Shown here in pieces: positions 19,156-30,050 of a stretch of 64,000 bases of DNA. How positions within the stretch are numbered: the first letter of the stretch is position 1; every line of letters starts with the position of its first letter. Where the stretch lies: NCBI GenBank assembly GCA_963665775.2, contig CAXXTF010000001.1, forward strand, positions 224,001 to 288,000. The letters run 5' to 3'. Source of the DNA: Dehalococcoidia bacterium. GTDB lineage: Bacteria > Chloroflexota > Dehalococcoidia > SM23-28-2 > RBG-16-64-32. The notes under the pieces are model-generated. The model saw nothing but the letters and a program-made list of their open reading frames with translations, was not told where the DNA came from and made no database searches. Both the position numbers and the translations under genes were made by a program.

Positions 19156-20097
19156 CTACCACCAGATCTTCTCCTCCACGCCGGCAGACTTCATCTCCTC
19201 GTATTCCTTCGTCCACAAGCTGGTCGAGAGATACTTCCAGCCCCCATCCGCCAACAGCACAACGATGTTCCCGCGCTCCATTCGCTCCGCCACCCGGAGG
19301 GCAGTACGAACGGCCGCGCCGGAGGAGATGCCGGCGAAGATCGCCTCCTTCTCCATCAGCTCCTTCACCACAGCGAAGGAGGACTGGGAGTCCACAACTA
19401 TGCGCCCGTCCAGCACCGACTCGTCCAGGATGGGCGGAATGAACCCATCCTCCAGACTACGCAGCCCCTGCACCAGATCCCCCGGGTGAGGAACGGCGGC
19501 GATGATCTTCACGTTCGGGAGCCGCTCTTTCAGGTAGCGACCGACGCCGGTAAGGGTGCCGCCGGTGCCCAGCCCAGCCACGAAGGCGTCTACCTGCGAC
19601 AGCTCCCGCAATATCTCCGGGCCGGTCGTCTCGTAGTGGGACCGGGGGTTATTCTCGTTGCCATACTGGTACGGCATGTAGTAACGCTCAGGCTCCTCGG
19701 CCGCCATTCGCTGGGCCAGGAAGATAGCGTCGTTAGTGCTCCGCGCCCCTTTCGCGTACACCACATCGGCGCCGAAGGCGCGCAGCAGCTGCTCCCGCTC
19801 CGGCGTCAGGATATCCGGCAGAACGCAGAGGAGCCGGTACCCCTTGACCCGCGCCACCATGGCCAGGCTGATGCCGGTGTTACCACTCGTCGGTTCCAGG
19901 ATCGTCTTGTCGGGGGTCAGCTCGCCGCTCTCCTCCGCGGCCCGAAGCATGTAGAGGGCGATCCGATCCTTCAGGCTGCCGGTGGGGTTGTGACCCTCCA
20001 GCTTGCCGTAGATGTTAACCTCCGGCTTCGGGCTCATCCGCTGCAAACGCACGAGCGGCGTGTTACCGATGGCGTCCAGGATGGAGTCGTAGGGCAC
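19156..20097 (-). CDS. cysM: PLP-dependent cysteine synthase, CysM type (sulfur-carrier dependent)
   Basis: [24 protein letters not shown] and DGGWKYLST...WW tail resembling actinobacterial CysM. Confidence 0.85.
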   Translation of the reverse strand: MPYDSILDAIGNTPLVRLQRMSPKPEVNIYGKLEGHNPTGSLKDRIALYMLRAAEESGELTPDKTILEPTSGNTGISLAMVARVKGYRLLCVLPDILTPEREQLLRAFGADVVYAKGARSTNDAIFLAQRMAAEEPERYYMPYQYGNENNPRSHYETTGPEILRELSQVDAFVAGLGTGGTLTGVGRYLKERLPNVKIIAAVPHPGDLVQGLRSLEDGFIPPILDESVLDGRIVVDSQSSFAVVKELMEKEAIFAGISSGAAVRTALRVAERMERGNIVVLLADGGWKYLSTSLWTKEYEEMKSAGVEEKIWW

Positions 20098-20116
20098 GGC
20101 TATACGATCATAGCGG

Positions 20117-20395
20117 TCAGCGGCGCCCGCCCGCCAGCGCCGGCAGGATGGAGAGCACGTCGCCCTCGCTCAGGGGTGTATCCATCTGGCGCAGGAAGCG
20201 GATGTCCTCATCGTTCAGGTAGATGTTCACGAAGCGATGGATATGGCCGTTGCTCTCCAGCTTCTCCTTGAACCCCGGGTAGCTGCTCTCCAGGTTATCC
20301 AACAGCTCGCGAACCGTTGAGCCCTCGATCTGGACGGAGCGCTGGCCGTTCACCAGGTCCCGGAGGTTTGCCGTTATCTGCACCTTTACTGTCAT
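20117..20395 (-). CDS. MoaD/ThiS/CysO-family sulfur carrier
   Basis: RFVNIYLNDEDIRF...LPALAGGRR. Confidence 0.9.
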   Translation of the reverse strand: MTVKVQITANLRDLVNGQRSVQIEGSTVRELLDNLESSYPGFKEKLESNGHIHRFVNIYLNDEDIRFLRQMDTPLSEGDVLSILPALAGGRR

Positions 20396-20406
20396 TCCAT
20401 CCCCTC

Positions 20407-21498
20407 CTAGGCGCCGTCATGGGCGGGGAAGGGCGCCCCGCAGAACCCCTCATAATCGATCAGCTTATCTATAGTAGGATCGTCGCCACACAGCGGGCAC
20501 TTGGGATCCCGCCGCAGATTCACCACTCGAAACTCCATAGTCAGCGCGTCGAACAGGAGTAGGCGGCCGGCCAGGGAGTCGCCGATGTCCAGGATCAGCT
20601 TCAGCACCTCGATGGCCTGAACGGAGCCGATGACGCCGGTGAGGGCCCCTAGGACACCGGCCTCAGCGCAGCTGGGCACCAGCCCCGGCGGCGGCGGGGA
20701 GGGAAACAGACAGCGATAGCAGCCCGTTTCGGGCGTGTACACCATCGCCTGTCCATCGAAGAGCAGGATGCTGCCGTCCACCAACGGCTTACCGGCTAGG
20801 TAAGAGGCATCGTTCACCAGGTAGCGGGTCGTGAAGTTATCGGCACCATTCACTATGATGTCGTACTGGGGAATGATCTCCATGGCATTGTCGGAGGTCA
20901 GAGGGGTGTTATGGACCACCACGTTCACCTCCGGGTTGTAGGCGTTGAGGGTGTCCTTGGCCGACTCGGTCTTAAGGCGCCCCACATCGCTATTCCGGTG
21001 GAGGAGCTGGCGCTGCAGGTTGGACAGGTCTACTACGTCGAAGTCCACGACGCCGATAGTGCCCACGCCGGCGAGGGCCACGTAGAGCGCCACCGGCCCA
21101 CCCAGGCCGCCGGCCCCCACGACCAGTACCTTGGCGGCCATCAACTTCCGCTGGCCCACCGGACCCACCTGAGGCATGATGATATGCCTGGAGTACCGCT
21201 CCACTTGCTCGGGTGTCAGCACCTGCCCCCCGGCTATCGCCGGGATCACGGCCAGCTCGTCCCCATCCTTGACCGGGGTCTGCTTACCCTGTAGGGAATG
21301 CACCTCCTGCTTGTTCAAATAGATGCTGATGTGCGCGGGGATCTCTTCCATCTCGTCGTAAACCATGTTCCGCAGGGGCGGATACTGGCTCGCCAGACTC
21401 TCCAGCACCTCGGCCACGGTTCCTCCCTCGGCCCGAACGTATACCTGGTTTCCGGCGAAGCGCCGGAACGGCGTCGGAATATACACCATGATCGACAT
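20407..21498 (-). CDS. moeB: ThiS/MoaD-MoeB fusion adenylyltransferase
   Basis: N-terminal ubiquitin-like domain ending IPAIAGG, then RYSRH, GAGGLG, SNLQRQ, CYRC and CPLC. Confidence 0.9.
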   Translation of the reverse strand: MSIMVYIPTPFRRFAGNQVYVRAEGGTVAEVLESLASQYPPLRNMVYDEMEEIPAHISIYLNKQEVHSLQGKQTPVKDGDELAVIPAIAGGQVLTPEQVERYSRHIIMPQVGPVGQRKLMAAKVLVVGAGGLGGPVALYVALAGVGTIGVVDFDVVDLSNLQRQLLHRNSDVGRLKTESAKDTLNAYNPEVNVVVHNTPLTSDNAMEIIPQYDIIVNGADNFTTRYLVNDASYLAGKPLVDGSILLFDGQAMVYTPETGCYRCLFPSPPPPGLVPSCAEAGVLGALTGVIGSVQAIEVLKLILDIGDSLAGRLLLFDALTMEFRVVNLRRDPKCPLCGDDPTIDKLIDYEGFCGAPFPAHDGA

Positions 21499-21522
21499 GC
21501 CGCCACTCCTCTCAGCCAAAAT

Positions 21523-22446
21523 CTACGCCTCCATTGTCAGATAGCGTTCGCCTGTGTCAGGCAGCATGGTGACTATCCGCTTCCCCTCGCCCAGCTTCTT
21601 GGCCACCTTAAGTGCGGCGAAGACGTTGGCCCCAGCGGATATCCCCGCCAGCAACCCTTCCTCCCGCGTAAGCCGCCTGGCCATCTCTATCGCTTCCTCA
21701 TCACGCACGGATATGATCTCATCTAGGAGCTCCTGGTTGAGGATGCTCGGGACGAAGCTGGCACCGATGCCCTGGATGGCGTGCACCCCAGCCCGTCCCC
21801 CCTGAAGCACGGGCGACTTGGCAGGCTCTACCGCGACGATACGAACGTCCGCGTTCAGCTGCTTCAACACCTCGCCCACGCCGGTGATGGTGCCGCCGGT
21901 GCCGACCCCGGCCACGAAGGCGTCCACCTTACCCCCGGTGGCCTTCACGATCTCCTGGGCCGTGGTGCGGCGGTGGATCTCCGGGTTGGCCGGATTCTCG
22001 AACTGCTGCGGCATGAAGTAACTTGAGTCGCCATTGACAAGCTCCTGGGCGGCGTAGACGGCACCCGTCATGCCCTCGATTGCAGGGGTCAGTATCACCT
22101 CGACGCCGTAGCGGCTCAGCAGGTCCCGCCGGGCCAGGCTCATGTCCTCCGGCATGGTCACGATAAGGCGATACCCCTTTACGGCGGCCACCATCGCCAG
22201 GCCGATCCCCGTGTTGCCGCTGGTGGGCTCCACGATGGTATCGCCCGGATTGAGGCGGCCTTCCTTCTCGGCCGTCTCAATCATGCTCAGCGCTATGCGA
22301 TCCTTAACGCTGCCGGCCGGATTGAACGACTCCACCTTCGCCACCACCTCAGCCCATCCGGGCTGCACCACGCGGCTCAGCCGGACCATAGGCGTGTCGC
22401 CCACCAGATTCAGCACTGAGTTCGCGATCTTCTCATCTTTGGGCAT
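21523..22446 (-). CDS. cysK: cysteine synthase A
   Basis: [32 protein letters not shown] and PDTGERYL. Confidence 0.93.
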   Translation of the reverse strand: MPKDEKIANSVLNLVGDTPMVRLSRVVQPGWAEVVAKVESFNPAGSVKDRIALSMIETAEKEGRLNPGDTIVEPTSGNTGIGLAMVAAVKGYRLIVTMPEDMSLARRDLLSRYGVEVILTPAIEGMTGAVYAAQELVNGDSSYFMPQQFENPANPEIHRRTTAQEIVKATGGKVDAFVAGVGTGGTITGVGEVLKQLNADVRIVAVEPAKSPVLQGGRAGVHAIQGIGASFVPSILNQELLDEIISVRDEEAIEMARRLTREEGLLAGISAGANVFAALKVAKKLGEGKRIVTMLPDTGERYLTMEA

Positions 22447-22454
22447 CGTTTCCC

Positions 22455-22898
22455 CTAGATTACGTAGCGGCTGCCCCGAGACTCTAGCGCCCGGTCCCGC
22501 TCCGCCATCTCACCGATGGTGGCGCTGTCCAGCACCTTCAGAATAGCCGCCTGGACATCCTTCCACATCTCCCTCTGGGCACAACCGCCGCGTCTTGAAC
22601 AAACGCTGGCATCATCCAGACATTCGACGGGCATAATAGAGCCCTCCAGCGCCATGATCACCTCACTGGCTCGCAGCCCCTGCGGGTCGCGCACCAGGGC
22701 GTGGCCGCCCTGAGGACCGCGCACGCTGCGGATGAAGCCGGCCCGGCGCAGGTTCGTGAGCAGCTGCTCAAGATACGACTCCGGGATGTTCTGGCAGCTG
22801 GCGATCTCGCTGCTCTGTATCGGCCGCACCTCCCCAAAGTGATGCGCCAGCTCGATGAGAGCACGAATACCGTAGTCACCTTTGGTAGAGATTCTCAT
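22455..22898 (-). CDS. Rrf2-family regulator (CymR/IscR-like, 3 Cys)
   Basis: [24 protein letters not shown] and C..C..C. Confidence 0.92.
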   Translation of the reverse strand: MRISTKGDYGIRALIELAHHFGEVRPIQSSEIASCQNIPESYLEQLLTNLRRAGFIRSVRGPQGGHALVRDPQGLRASEVIMALEGSIMPVECLDDASVCSRRGGCAQREMWKDVQAAILKVLDSATIGEMAERDRALESRGSRYVI

Positions 22899-22918
22899 GG
22901 CGAGATGAACCCGGGACG

Positions 22919-22943
22919 AAAGTAGAGTAAACCCATCAACAAT
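22919..22943. promoter_or_regulatory. putative Rrf2 operator
   Basis: AAAGTAGAGTAAACCCATCAACAAT resembles an IscR type-1 box; a related motif lies at 28059-28090. Confidence 0.4.
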
Positions 22944-22974
22944 GCTAGCATAGGCCCCTCTGTCCGTCTACACG

Positions 22975-24150
22975 TCACCATAAAAGTAGCGCCCCCGGCA
23001 CCAAGAAGATGGCCCCCAGGAACAGCGCGAACCCCCGCCGACTATGCGTCACGCGGGTGGCCACGGCCAGCATCGCTCGGGAGTACGGACGATAGGCCAG
23101 GAGGAGCACGGCCAGGGAGACGCCGAGACCGACGGCCACCTGGGTAAAGACGATGGTAAAGGCCCGAGGATCGTCCAGCAGTAGCGCCGCCACCATGGTA
23201 TCCACCCAGGTGGCGATGTTAGCACCCATAACGTAGGGGATGATTCCGTCTCGCCGTATGTACCCCTTGAGGGATAGGGGGATCAGCAGCGTCAGGGAGA
23301 TGGAGACCGAGAGGGTCATAGCGGTGACGAGGGCGCCCAACAGGAACATGGCCAGGGGATGGTGCACCAGCTCCTTGATGCGCTCCACCCGCAGGCTTGG
23401 CTGCTCAAGGTTGGGCAACGCCCGGTCGAACACGGTGAAGCTGGCTAGGAGCAGACCAACCCCCAGAGCGAATACGAGCAGCAACCGGTGAAGGTGGTCT
23501 ACAGCGAAGTCCACCACCGGGTCGTAGGCGACACCTACGAAGGAGGTGACGGCGCCCGGCGCGGACAGCTGGACGCCATCGAACCATCCAGAGCGCAGGA
23601 CCAGAATACCGATGGGTAGCACCGGCAGCCACAGGGTAAAGGCGGTGAGCACAGCCACCACACCGATGTACAGGCCGTCCGCCGTGTGGCGGTGCACCAC
23701 GTACAGCACGAATCCTATGAACAGGACGATAAAAGACGCGCCCAGACGGGAGCCGTTGATCATCGCGAATGCTTCGATGTCGGAGATCGTGCCCCCGACG
23801 AATAGGCTGAGGGCGATGGCGGCCACCGGCGATCCGCTCATGACGGCGTAGGCACCCGTCCAACCGAATCCCAGCAGGTTCAGTGTCCCGTCGGCGGAGA
23901 CAGCGCTGAGGACCGGCTTCACGCCGGCAGCGCTGCGCTTCAACAGCTCCAGGGCCAGCACGAACAGGAATAGACCGCTCAATGCGTACCCTATCCTGAT
24001 CGCCGGGGCGACCCACACCGTTCCCCACCCTAACGGCCGGAGAGCGGGCGCCATCTCCCCTGCGGCGCGCGCCAACGTCCCGCTGGCCACTTCGTCCGGC
24101 GATCCCGACTGAGGGTTTATCGCTTCTCTCGGCACTCCCTCAGACCGCAT
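22975..24150 (-). CDS. Na+/Pi-cotransporter-like membrane protein
   Basis: [26 protein letters not shown] and [10 protein letters not shown] repeats; start is uncertain. Confidence 0.7.
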   Translation of the reverse strand: MRSEGVPREAINPQSGSPDEVASGTLARAAGEMAPALRPLGWGTVWVAPAIRIGYALSGLFLFVLALELLKRSAAGVKPVLSAVSADGTLNLLGFGWTGAYAVMSGSPVAAIALSLFVGGTISDIEAFAMINGSRLGASFIVLFIGFVLYVVHRHTADGLYIGVVAVLTAFTLWLPVLPIGILVLRSGWFDGVQLSAPGAVTSFVGVAYDPVVDFAVDHLHRLLLVFALGVGLLLASFTVFDRALPNLEQPSLRVERIKELVHHPLAMFLLGALVTAMTLSVSISLTLLIPLSLKGYIRRDGIIPYVMGANIATWVDTMVAALLLDDPRAFTIVFTQVAVGLGVSLAVLLLAYRPYSRAMLAVATRVTHSRRGFALFLGAIFLVPGALLLW

Positions 24151-25327
24151 AGTGGGGGGTTGTTTTCTCCTGCGTCGCCGCGATGAGCACTTCGGCCACC
24201 TCTGGACGCGTAAACTCCAGCGGCGGCGTCAGCCCGCCCTGTAGCATCTCCCTCACCTGGGTACCGGAGAGGTTCAGCCGATCCTCCTGGTTGTGGGGGC
24301 AGGTCTTGGCGCTGGCCATCTCGCCGCACTTCTTGCAGAAGAAGGTGTGGTCGAAGAACATGGGCGTGATCCCCAGATCAGCCGATGTGAACTCATCGAA
24401 GATGCGCTGGGCGTCGTAGGTGCCGTAGTACTGGCCTACGCCGGCGTGGTCCCGCCCCACGATGAAGTGGGAGCAGCCGAAATTCTTCCGCACCAGCGCG
24501 TGGAATACCGCCTCCCGCGGACCGGCGTAGCGCATGGCGGCCGGGTTCACGGCCAGGACCACCCGATCGTGCGGGTAGTAGTTCTGGATGAGCACCTCAT
24601 AGCAGCGCATGCGTACCCCGGCGGGGATATCGCCGGCCTTCGTCTCTCCCACCAGGGGATGCAACAGCAGGCCGTCTACCATCTCCATGGCGCACTTCTG
24701 GATGTACTCGTGAGCCCGATGCACGGGGTTACGGGTCTGAAAGCCGACCACCGTCCGCCAGCCCCGCTCCAGGAATGCCGCCCGTGTGCGGGAGGGCGTC
24801 AACCGATACTCGAGGAAATCATCGTACCCGGGCAAGGCCAGAGCGCGCAGCCGCCCCCCCAGCAGGACGTCCCCCTGCGCATAGAGCGCCGCTACGCCTG
24901 GGTGCGCTTCCTCCTCCGTCCGATACACCTGGCTGGCCTCCCGGCGCTTGTCGTAGCCGAACTTCTGGGCCAACTCCAGCACGGCCATTACCATGCCCGT
25001 TTCGTCCGCCAGGGATATCTCCTGCCCCTCCCGCAGCCCTGAGGCCTCATCCTGAGATACCGCCAGGGTGATGGGCATGGGCCACACGAGCCCGGAGTCC
25101 AACCGCATCTCCGCCACCACACCGGTATAGTCGGCCTCCGTCATGAACCCGTCCAGGGGACTGTAGCCCCCTGTCACCAACAGCTCCACGTCCGATAGTG
25201 CCCGCGCCGACAGCCGGATGGCGGGAAGAGTGGCCGCCCGCTCCCGCAGAGCCTCTCTTTCCGGCTCAGCGACCAACAAATCCACCAGCTGCCCCCCGTG
25301 CGGCGGAACAGTCTCTTCCAGCGTCAT
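24140..25327 (-). CDS. sat: sulfate adenylyltransferase
   Basis: [24 protein letters not shown] and FIVGRDHAG. Confidence 0.96.
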   Translation of the reverse strand: MTLEETVPPHGGQLVDLLVAEPEREALRERAATLPAIRLSARALSDVELLVTGGYSPLDGFMTEADYTGVVAEMRLDSGLVWPMPITLAVSQDEASGLREGQEISLADETGMVMAVLELAQKFGYDKRREASQVYRTEEEAHPGVAALYAQGDVLLGGRLRALALPGYDDFLEYRLTPSRTRAAFLERGWRTVVGFQTRNPVHRAHEYIQKCAMEMVDGLLLHPLVGETKAGDIPAGVRMRCYEVLIQNYYPHDRVVLAVNPAAMRYAGPREAVFHALVRKNFGCSHFIVGRDHAGVGQYYGTYDAQRIFDEFTSADLGITPMFFDHTFFCKKCGEMASAKTCPHNQEDRLNLSGTQVREMLQGGLTPPLEFTRPEVAEVLIAATQEKTTPHYAV

Positions 25328-25424
25328 CCTCAATCTACCTCTTAAACTTGCCGTTTCTAATACAGGGCCACAGGCGGCGGCCCGTGGCCCTGTATTGGTT
25401 CTTTCGGTGACCGTCTACGGTCGC

Positions 25425-26150
25425 CTAGTGGTGCAGTCCACACTCCTTGCTATCAGGCAGCTCCCACCACCAACGACCGGCGCGAATATCCTCGCCCGGC
25501 TCAATGGCCCGCGTGCAGGGCGCGCAGCCGATGCTGGGGAAGCCCTGGTCGTGCAGGCGGTTGTAGGGGACATCGTTGGTCCGGATGTACTCCCACACCT
25601 GCTCGTTGCTCCAATCGACAAGCGGGTTCACCTTCGCCAGCCCGTTACCCTCGTCCCACTCCACTGCGCCCGTATCGCCGCGGGTGGCCGCCTGGTCTCG
25701 ACGCAGGCCGGTCATCCAGGCTTTGTGCCCGGACAAGGCGCGCCGCAGCGGCTCCACCTTGCGGACGGCGCAGCACTCACGACGATTCTCGACGCTCTCC
25801 CGGAAAGAGTAGAACCCCTTCTCCCGCTCCAGCTTCTCCACCGCCGCTCGCTCCGGGAACATGGACACCAGCTCGATCCCGTAGCGGGTGCGGACCCCCT
25901 CCATCACCTCGTACGTCTCGTCGTTCAGGCGGCCGGTGTCCAGGGTGAACGTCGATATCTGCGGCGCCACCTTGGCGATCATGTCGATGACCACCACATC
26001 CTCGGCACCGAAGCTGCTGGCGAACTTCATCTCCGACCCGAAGGTCTCGGCCGCCCAGCGGATGATCTCTTCCGGCGCCTTGCCAGCGAACCGCTCGTTT
26101 ATCGCCTTCAGCTGCCCCGCCGTATAGGCTGCTGTCTCAGCCTGAGTCAC
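25425..26150 (-). CDS. cysH: APS/PAPS reductase ([4Fe-4S] APS-reductase type)
   Basis: CCAVRKVEPL, SIGCAPCT and ECGLH. Confidence 0.95.
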   Translation of the reverse strand: MTQAETAAYTAGQLKAINERFAGKAPEEIIRWAAETFGSEMKFASSFGAEDVVVIDMIAKVAPQISTFTLDTGRLNDETYEVMEGVRTRYGIELVSMFPERAAVEKLEREKGFYSFRESVENRRECCAVRKVEPLRRALSGHKAWMTGLRRDQAATRGDTGAVEWDEGNGLAKVNPLVDWSNEQVWEYIRTNDVPYNRLHDQGFPSIGCAPCTRAIEPGEDIRAGRWWWELPDSKECGLHH

Positions 26151-26193
26151 TTCTGCCTACCTCCTGCTATTACTGGTCTCCAAAACACTCTAT

Positions 26194-28020
26194 CTATACC
26201 GAGCATTCACCCTCGCCGCGGACGACCTCGAACATCTCGTCCTTGCCCCAATCCATGTACACATCGATCTCCTCGTGGACGGGGCCAACATCCTTAAACT
26301 CGGTAAGCAGCGGATCGAAGCTCTTGGGCCCTACCCGATCCACGAAATCGAGGAAGGGCTCCCCATCCTGTCGCTCATCGAGGTAGACCTGAATGATCTT
26401 TCGCACCGCTTGGGGCGCCCTCTTGGCGGGCACCCGGGTGACTCTGGTGCCGAACTTGCCGCCACCGATGTAGTTGCCGCCGCCCAGGAAGATGTCGTAG
26501 CAAGGAATCTCCGCCAAACCCGACTTAACCGATGCCCCCTGCAGCCCGATGGCCGCCAGGTGGTGGTGGCCACAGCCGTTGGGGCAGCCGCTGACCTTGA
26601 TGGTGATCTCCTGCACCAGCGGATCGTCGATTCCCCAATCGAGGACCGCCTCTCGCAGGGCCTTGCCGATCCCCGGAGAGGAGGTGATGCCCATCTTGCA
26701 GGAGTCGGTGCCCGGGCAGGCCACGGTATCGGCGATGAGCCCGGCGTCCGGCGCTCCCAGCTCCAGGGCTCCGAGTTCGGCGTGCAGGGCTGGCAGGGCC
26801 TCCTCCCTCACCCAGCGCAGCACCAGGTTCTGGTTCGGCTGCGTGCGGGCGGTGCCGCCGGCGTAGCGTCGCATCAGGTCCCCCAGCCCACGGAACTGCT
26901 CCGGCGAGAGGTTGCCTTGGAGGACGGTGACGGTGACCGCCACGTAGCCCGGCTGCCGTTGGGACACCACGTTTGTGCGCTGCCACCGTTCGAACTCCGG
27001 CGATGGCGCGTGACCGTTCTTGGGCGGCTCGCCGACGGTGGGGCCCTCGGCGGAAAGCTGAGTCAGGGCCTCCATGTCCAGCGGCTCCCACGCCCACGGC
27101 GCATCCAGCTCCTCCTCCACCTGCCGCTTGAACTCCTCAACCCCGAGCTTCTTGACCAGGAACTTGACCCGCGCCTTGTTCAGGTTCTTGCGCAGGAGGT
27201 TGGGGAGACCGCCCTCCTTGTCGAACACCCGGAGCATCGCTTCCGCCACCCGGATGTACTGGCCCTTCTCCACGGGCACAAAGTCGTAGATCACGTCGGC
27301 CGCGCGGACCATAGTGGACGTGCCGCCGCCGCACCGGATCTCGAACCCGAGGATCTCCTGCCCGTCCTCCGACCGCTGAACCTTGGCTAGGAACCCCAGG
27401 TCGTGGAAGGGCGTTCCCGCGCAGTCGCTCGGGCAGGAGGAGAAAGCGGTCTTCCACTTCCGGGGCAGGTTCTGAGAGATGGGGCTCCGCATCACAGCGC
27501 GGGCGAAAGCCGCCGCGTATGGCGTCGCGTCGAACGTCTCATCGGGGCAGACGCCCGCGTAGGGGCATCCCGTAACGTTACGCACCGCATGGCCGCAGGC
27601 TTCACGAGTAGTGATACCGGCGTCCTGTAGCAGGCGCAGGACATCCGCGGCCTTATCCAGGTTCACGAAGTGGAACTGGATATTCTCGCGGGTGGTGATG
27701 TGGCCTCGGCGCATCCCCGTGTATTTCTCGGCGATCTCCGCCAGCACGTCCATCTGGTCGGCCGAGACGCCGCCGAAGGGCAGCTTCACCCGTATCATCT
27801 GCTGGTCGGCCTGCCGCTGGCCGTAGACGCCCTGCCGCAGCCGGAGGGGTGTGAACTCGTCTCCCAGCCCCTCTTCATCCTGTCGGAAGCGGCGGGCCTC
27901 CCGCGCGATGTTATCGATCTCCTCGTCTATGGTGACGAAGACGTGGCCCGGCTTAAGGTCAGCCGGCACCGCGGGATGACCTTTTCGATCCCCCCCATAA
28001 ATCCTTTCCTCAACCTGCAT
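26194..28020 (-). CDS. sir: ferredoxin-dependent sulfite (nitrite) reductase, siroheme
   Basis: GVYGQRQ, HITTRENIQ, LPRKWK, CPGTDSC and SGCPNGC. Confidence 0.9.
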   Translation of the reverse strand: MQVEERIYGGDRKGHPAVPADLKPGHVFVTIDEEIDNIAREARRFRQDEEGLGDEFTPLRLRQGVYGQRQADQQMIRVKLPFGGVSADQMDVLAEIAEKYTGMRRGHITTRENIQFHFVNLDKAADVLRLLQDAGITTREACGHAVRNVTGCPYAGVCPDETFDATPYAAAFARAVMRSPISQNLPRKWKTAFSSCPSDCAGTPFHDLGFLAKVQRSEDGQEILGFEIRCGGGTSTMVRAADVIYDFVPVEKGQYIRVAEAMLRVFDKEGGLPNLLRKNLNKARVKFLVKKLGVEEFKRQVEEELDAPWAWEPLDMEALTQLSAEGPTVGEPPKNGHAPSPEFERWQRTNVVSQRQPGYVAVTVTVLQGNLSPEQFRGLGDLMRRYAGGTARTQPNQNLVLRWVREEALPALHAELGALELGAPDAGLIADTVACPGTDSCKMGITSSPGIGKALREAVLDWGIDDPLVQEITIKVSGCPNGCGHHHLAAIGLQGASVKSGLAEIPCYDIFLGGGNYIGGGKFGTRVTRVPAKRAPQAVRKIIQVYLDERQDGEPFLDFVDRVGPKSFDPLLTEFKDVGPVHEEIDVYMDWGKDEMFEVVRGEGECSV

Positions 28021-28213
28021 CACTTCCCCCGATCTAGACTTAGAGCGCCGCGTTCGACAAAGTCGAGTATGTCAATGTGATAAATCAACAATATATCTGA
28101 CGGCGGCACATGTCAAGCGTAATACCCAGACAGAAGAGGGAGGAAAGCCTACCCGTGAAGGAGGCCCGGCGGCGGCGGCCCGCACCAACGCTCCGGGCTG
28201 CTCCAGGGGCTCG

Positions 28214-28489
28214 CTAACCGCCCGCCACGGCGGGAACGATGCTAACCTCGTCACCGGAGCTCAGGGCCGTGTGCATCCCATCCTGGAAGCGCACGTCCTC
28301 CCCGTTCACGTATACGTTCAGGAACCGCCGCAGCTCCCCCGTCTCGTCCAGGAGCCGCTCCTTAAGCCCTGGGAACTGCTGATCCAGGGCCTCGATGCAG
28401 GCCCTGAGGGTGCCACCGTCGCTGGACACCACGTCTTGCTCGTCGGTCAGCTTGCGCAGGGGCGTCGGAATTCGCACAGTAACACTCAT
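28214..28489 (-). CDS. MoaD/ThiS-family sulfur carrier
   Basis: VRIPTPLR...VPAVAGG C-terminus. Confidence 0.92.
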   Translation of the reverse strand: MSVTVRIPTPLRKLTDEQDVVSSDGGTLRACIEALDQQFPGLKERLLDETGELRRFLNVYVNGEDVRFQDGMHTALSSGDEVSIVPAVAGG

Positions 28490-28501
28490 TCTCAGTCTCC
28501 T

Positions 28502-28744
28502 CTACCCCTCCACGATGTCTCCGGGCACCGGGTCTACCCGCACCCCCTGCTCCTGCACCCAGCTAACCCCCTGCTCGATCTCAGCCATCTCCCCCTCCAG
28601 CTCCAGGACTACCCAGCCCCGATCTTCCGTCACCTCCGCGCGGCGGATATTGGTCACCAGGTTGAACTCCCGGCCCAATTTCCAGATCACCGGCACCTTG
28701 ATGAGCCCGGCCGGGAAGGTGAACTTCATTCGTTGCGTAGCCAT
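28502..28744 (-). CDS. NIL-domain protein
   Basis: PVIW.L...FNLVTNIRRA.V...GWVVLELEG. Confidence 0.85.
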   Translation of the reverse strand: MATQRMKFTFPAGLIKVPVIWKLGREFNLVTNIRRAEVTEDRGWVVLELEGEMAEIEQGVSWVQEQGVRVDPVPGDIVEG

Positions 28745-28758
28745 CTCGTCCTCGATCT

Positions 28759-30015
28759 TTAGCCGTTTCGACTGGTTGGCAGCGCTCCCACGCGCTCCGT
28801 CAGCGCCTGCTCAAAGGAGGCCATGGTTGGCCTCACCGCGAGGGGCGGCTCTAAGTGCGGGGCCACCGCCTCCTGCGTCTTGAGACCGGCGCCAGTAATA
28901 AAGACTACCACCACCTCCTCAGGATCGATACGCCCCCCCTGGACTAATCTCCTGAGCCCGGCCACAACCACCCCTCCCGCCGTCTCCGCGAACACCCCCT
29001 CCGTCTCTGCCAGTAGCTTCATCCCCTCGATCACCTCATCATCGCTGACCGCGGCGACGGCGCCCCCGGTCTCCTGGAGAACCTTGAGGGCGTAGTAGCC
29101 ATCCGCCGGGTTGCCGATGGCCAGGGACTTGGCGATGGTGTTAGGCTTCTGAGGGCGTACGTCGAAGCTCTCCCGCTCCCAGGCCTCGGCGATGGGCGAG
29201 CAGCCCTGCGCCTGAGCCCCGCTCATACGGGTCTCCCGCCAGTCGATGAGCCCCAACCAGGCCAGCTCCTTGATCCCCTTATGGATCTTGGTGAAGAGCG
29301 ATCCGCTGGCCATGGGGACAAGGCAATGATCCGGGGCCCGCCAGCCCAGCTGCTCGCACACCTCGAAGGCCAGGGTCTTGCTCCCCTCCGCGTAGTAGGG
29401 GCGCACGTTGATGTTTACGAAGGCCCAGGGATACTTGTCCGACAGCTCGCTGCACAGCCGGTTAACCTCGTCATAGTTTCCGTCCACCGCCACCAGAGTC
29501 GGCCCGTAGACGGCCGAGCCCACCACCTTCCCCTGCTCCAGATCCGAGGGTATGAAGACGATGGCCTTCATGCCGGCTCGGGCGGCGTGAGCGGAGACGC
29601 TGTTGGCCAGATTCCCCGTCGAGGCGCAGGCCAGAGTGTCGAACTCGAACTCGCGCGCCACGCTACTGGCCACGGAGACCACCCGGTCTTTGAAGGACCA
29701 GGTGGGGTTCATACAGTCGTTCTTGATGTAGAGGTTGTCAAGCCCCAGCAGGCGCCCCAGGTTGTTGGCGCGCAGCAGCGGGGTGAACCCCGTGCCTATG
29801 TCCACCGCCGTCTCCGCCCGGCAGGGGAGAAGGTCGGCATAGCGCCAGATGGTGGGCGGCCCCCGCCTAATTCGTTCCCGGCTTAACGTCCGCCTCAGCG
29901 CCTCGTAGTCGTAGAAGACCTCCAGGGGCCCGAAACAGAACTCGCAAACGTGCGCCGGCTCCAGCGGGTATACCCGCCCGCATTCCTTACATGTTAGGTT
30001 CTTGGCAAAAGACAT
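28759..30015 (-). CDS. thrC: threonine synthase-like PLP enzyme
   Basis: N-terminal CxxC/CxxC, NPTWSFKDR, ASTGN and EGSKT; may be a homocysteine-forming paralog. Confidence 0.85.
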   Translation of the reverse strand: MSFAKNLTCKECGRVYPLEPAHVCEFCFGPLEVFYDYEALRRTLSRERIRRGPPTIWRYADLLPCRAETAVDIGTGFTPLLRANNLGRLLGLDNLYIKNDCMNPTWSFKDRVVSVASSVAREFEFDTLACASTGNLANSVSAHAARAGMKAIVFIPSDLEQGKVVGSAVYGPTLVAVDGNYDEVNRLCSELSDKYPWAFVNINVRPYYAEGSKTLAFEVCEQLGWRAPDHCLVPMASGSLFTKIHKGIKELAWLGLIDWRETRMSGAQAQGCSPIAEAWERESFDVRPQKPNTIAKSLAIGNPADGYYALKVLQETGGAVAAVSDDEVIEGMKLLAETEGVFAETAGGVVVAGLRRLVQGGRIDPEEVVVVFITGAGLKTQEAVAPHLEPPLAVRPTMASFEQALTERVGALPTSRNG

Positions 30016-30050
30016 GGCGGCGATCCTCCCTCACCACAACAGCCGACCCG

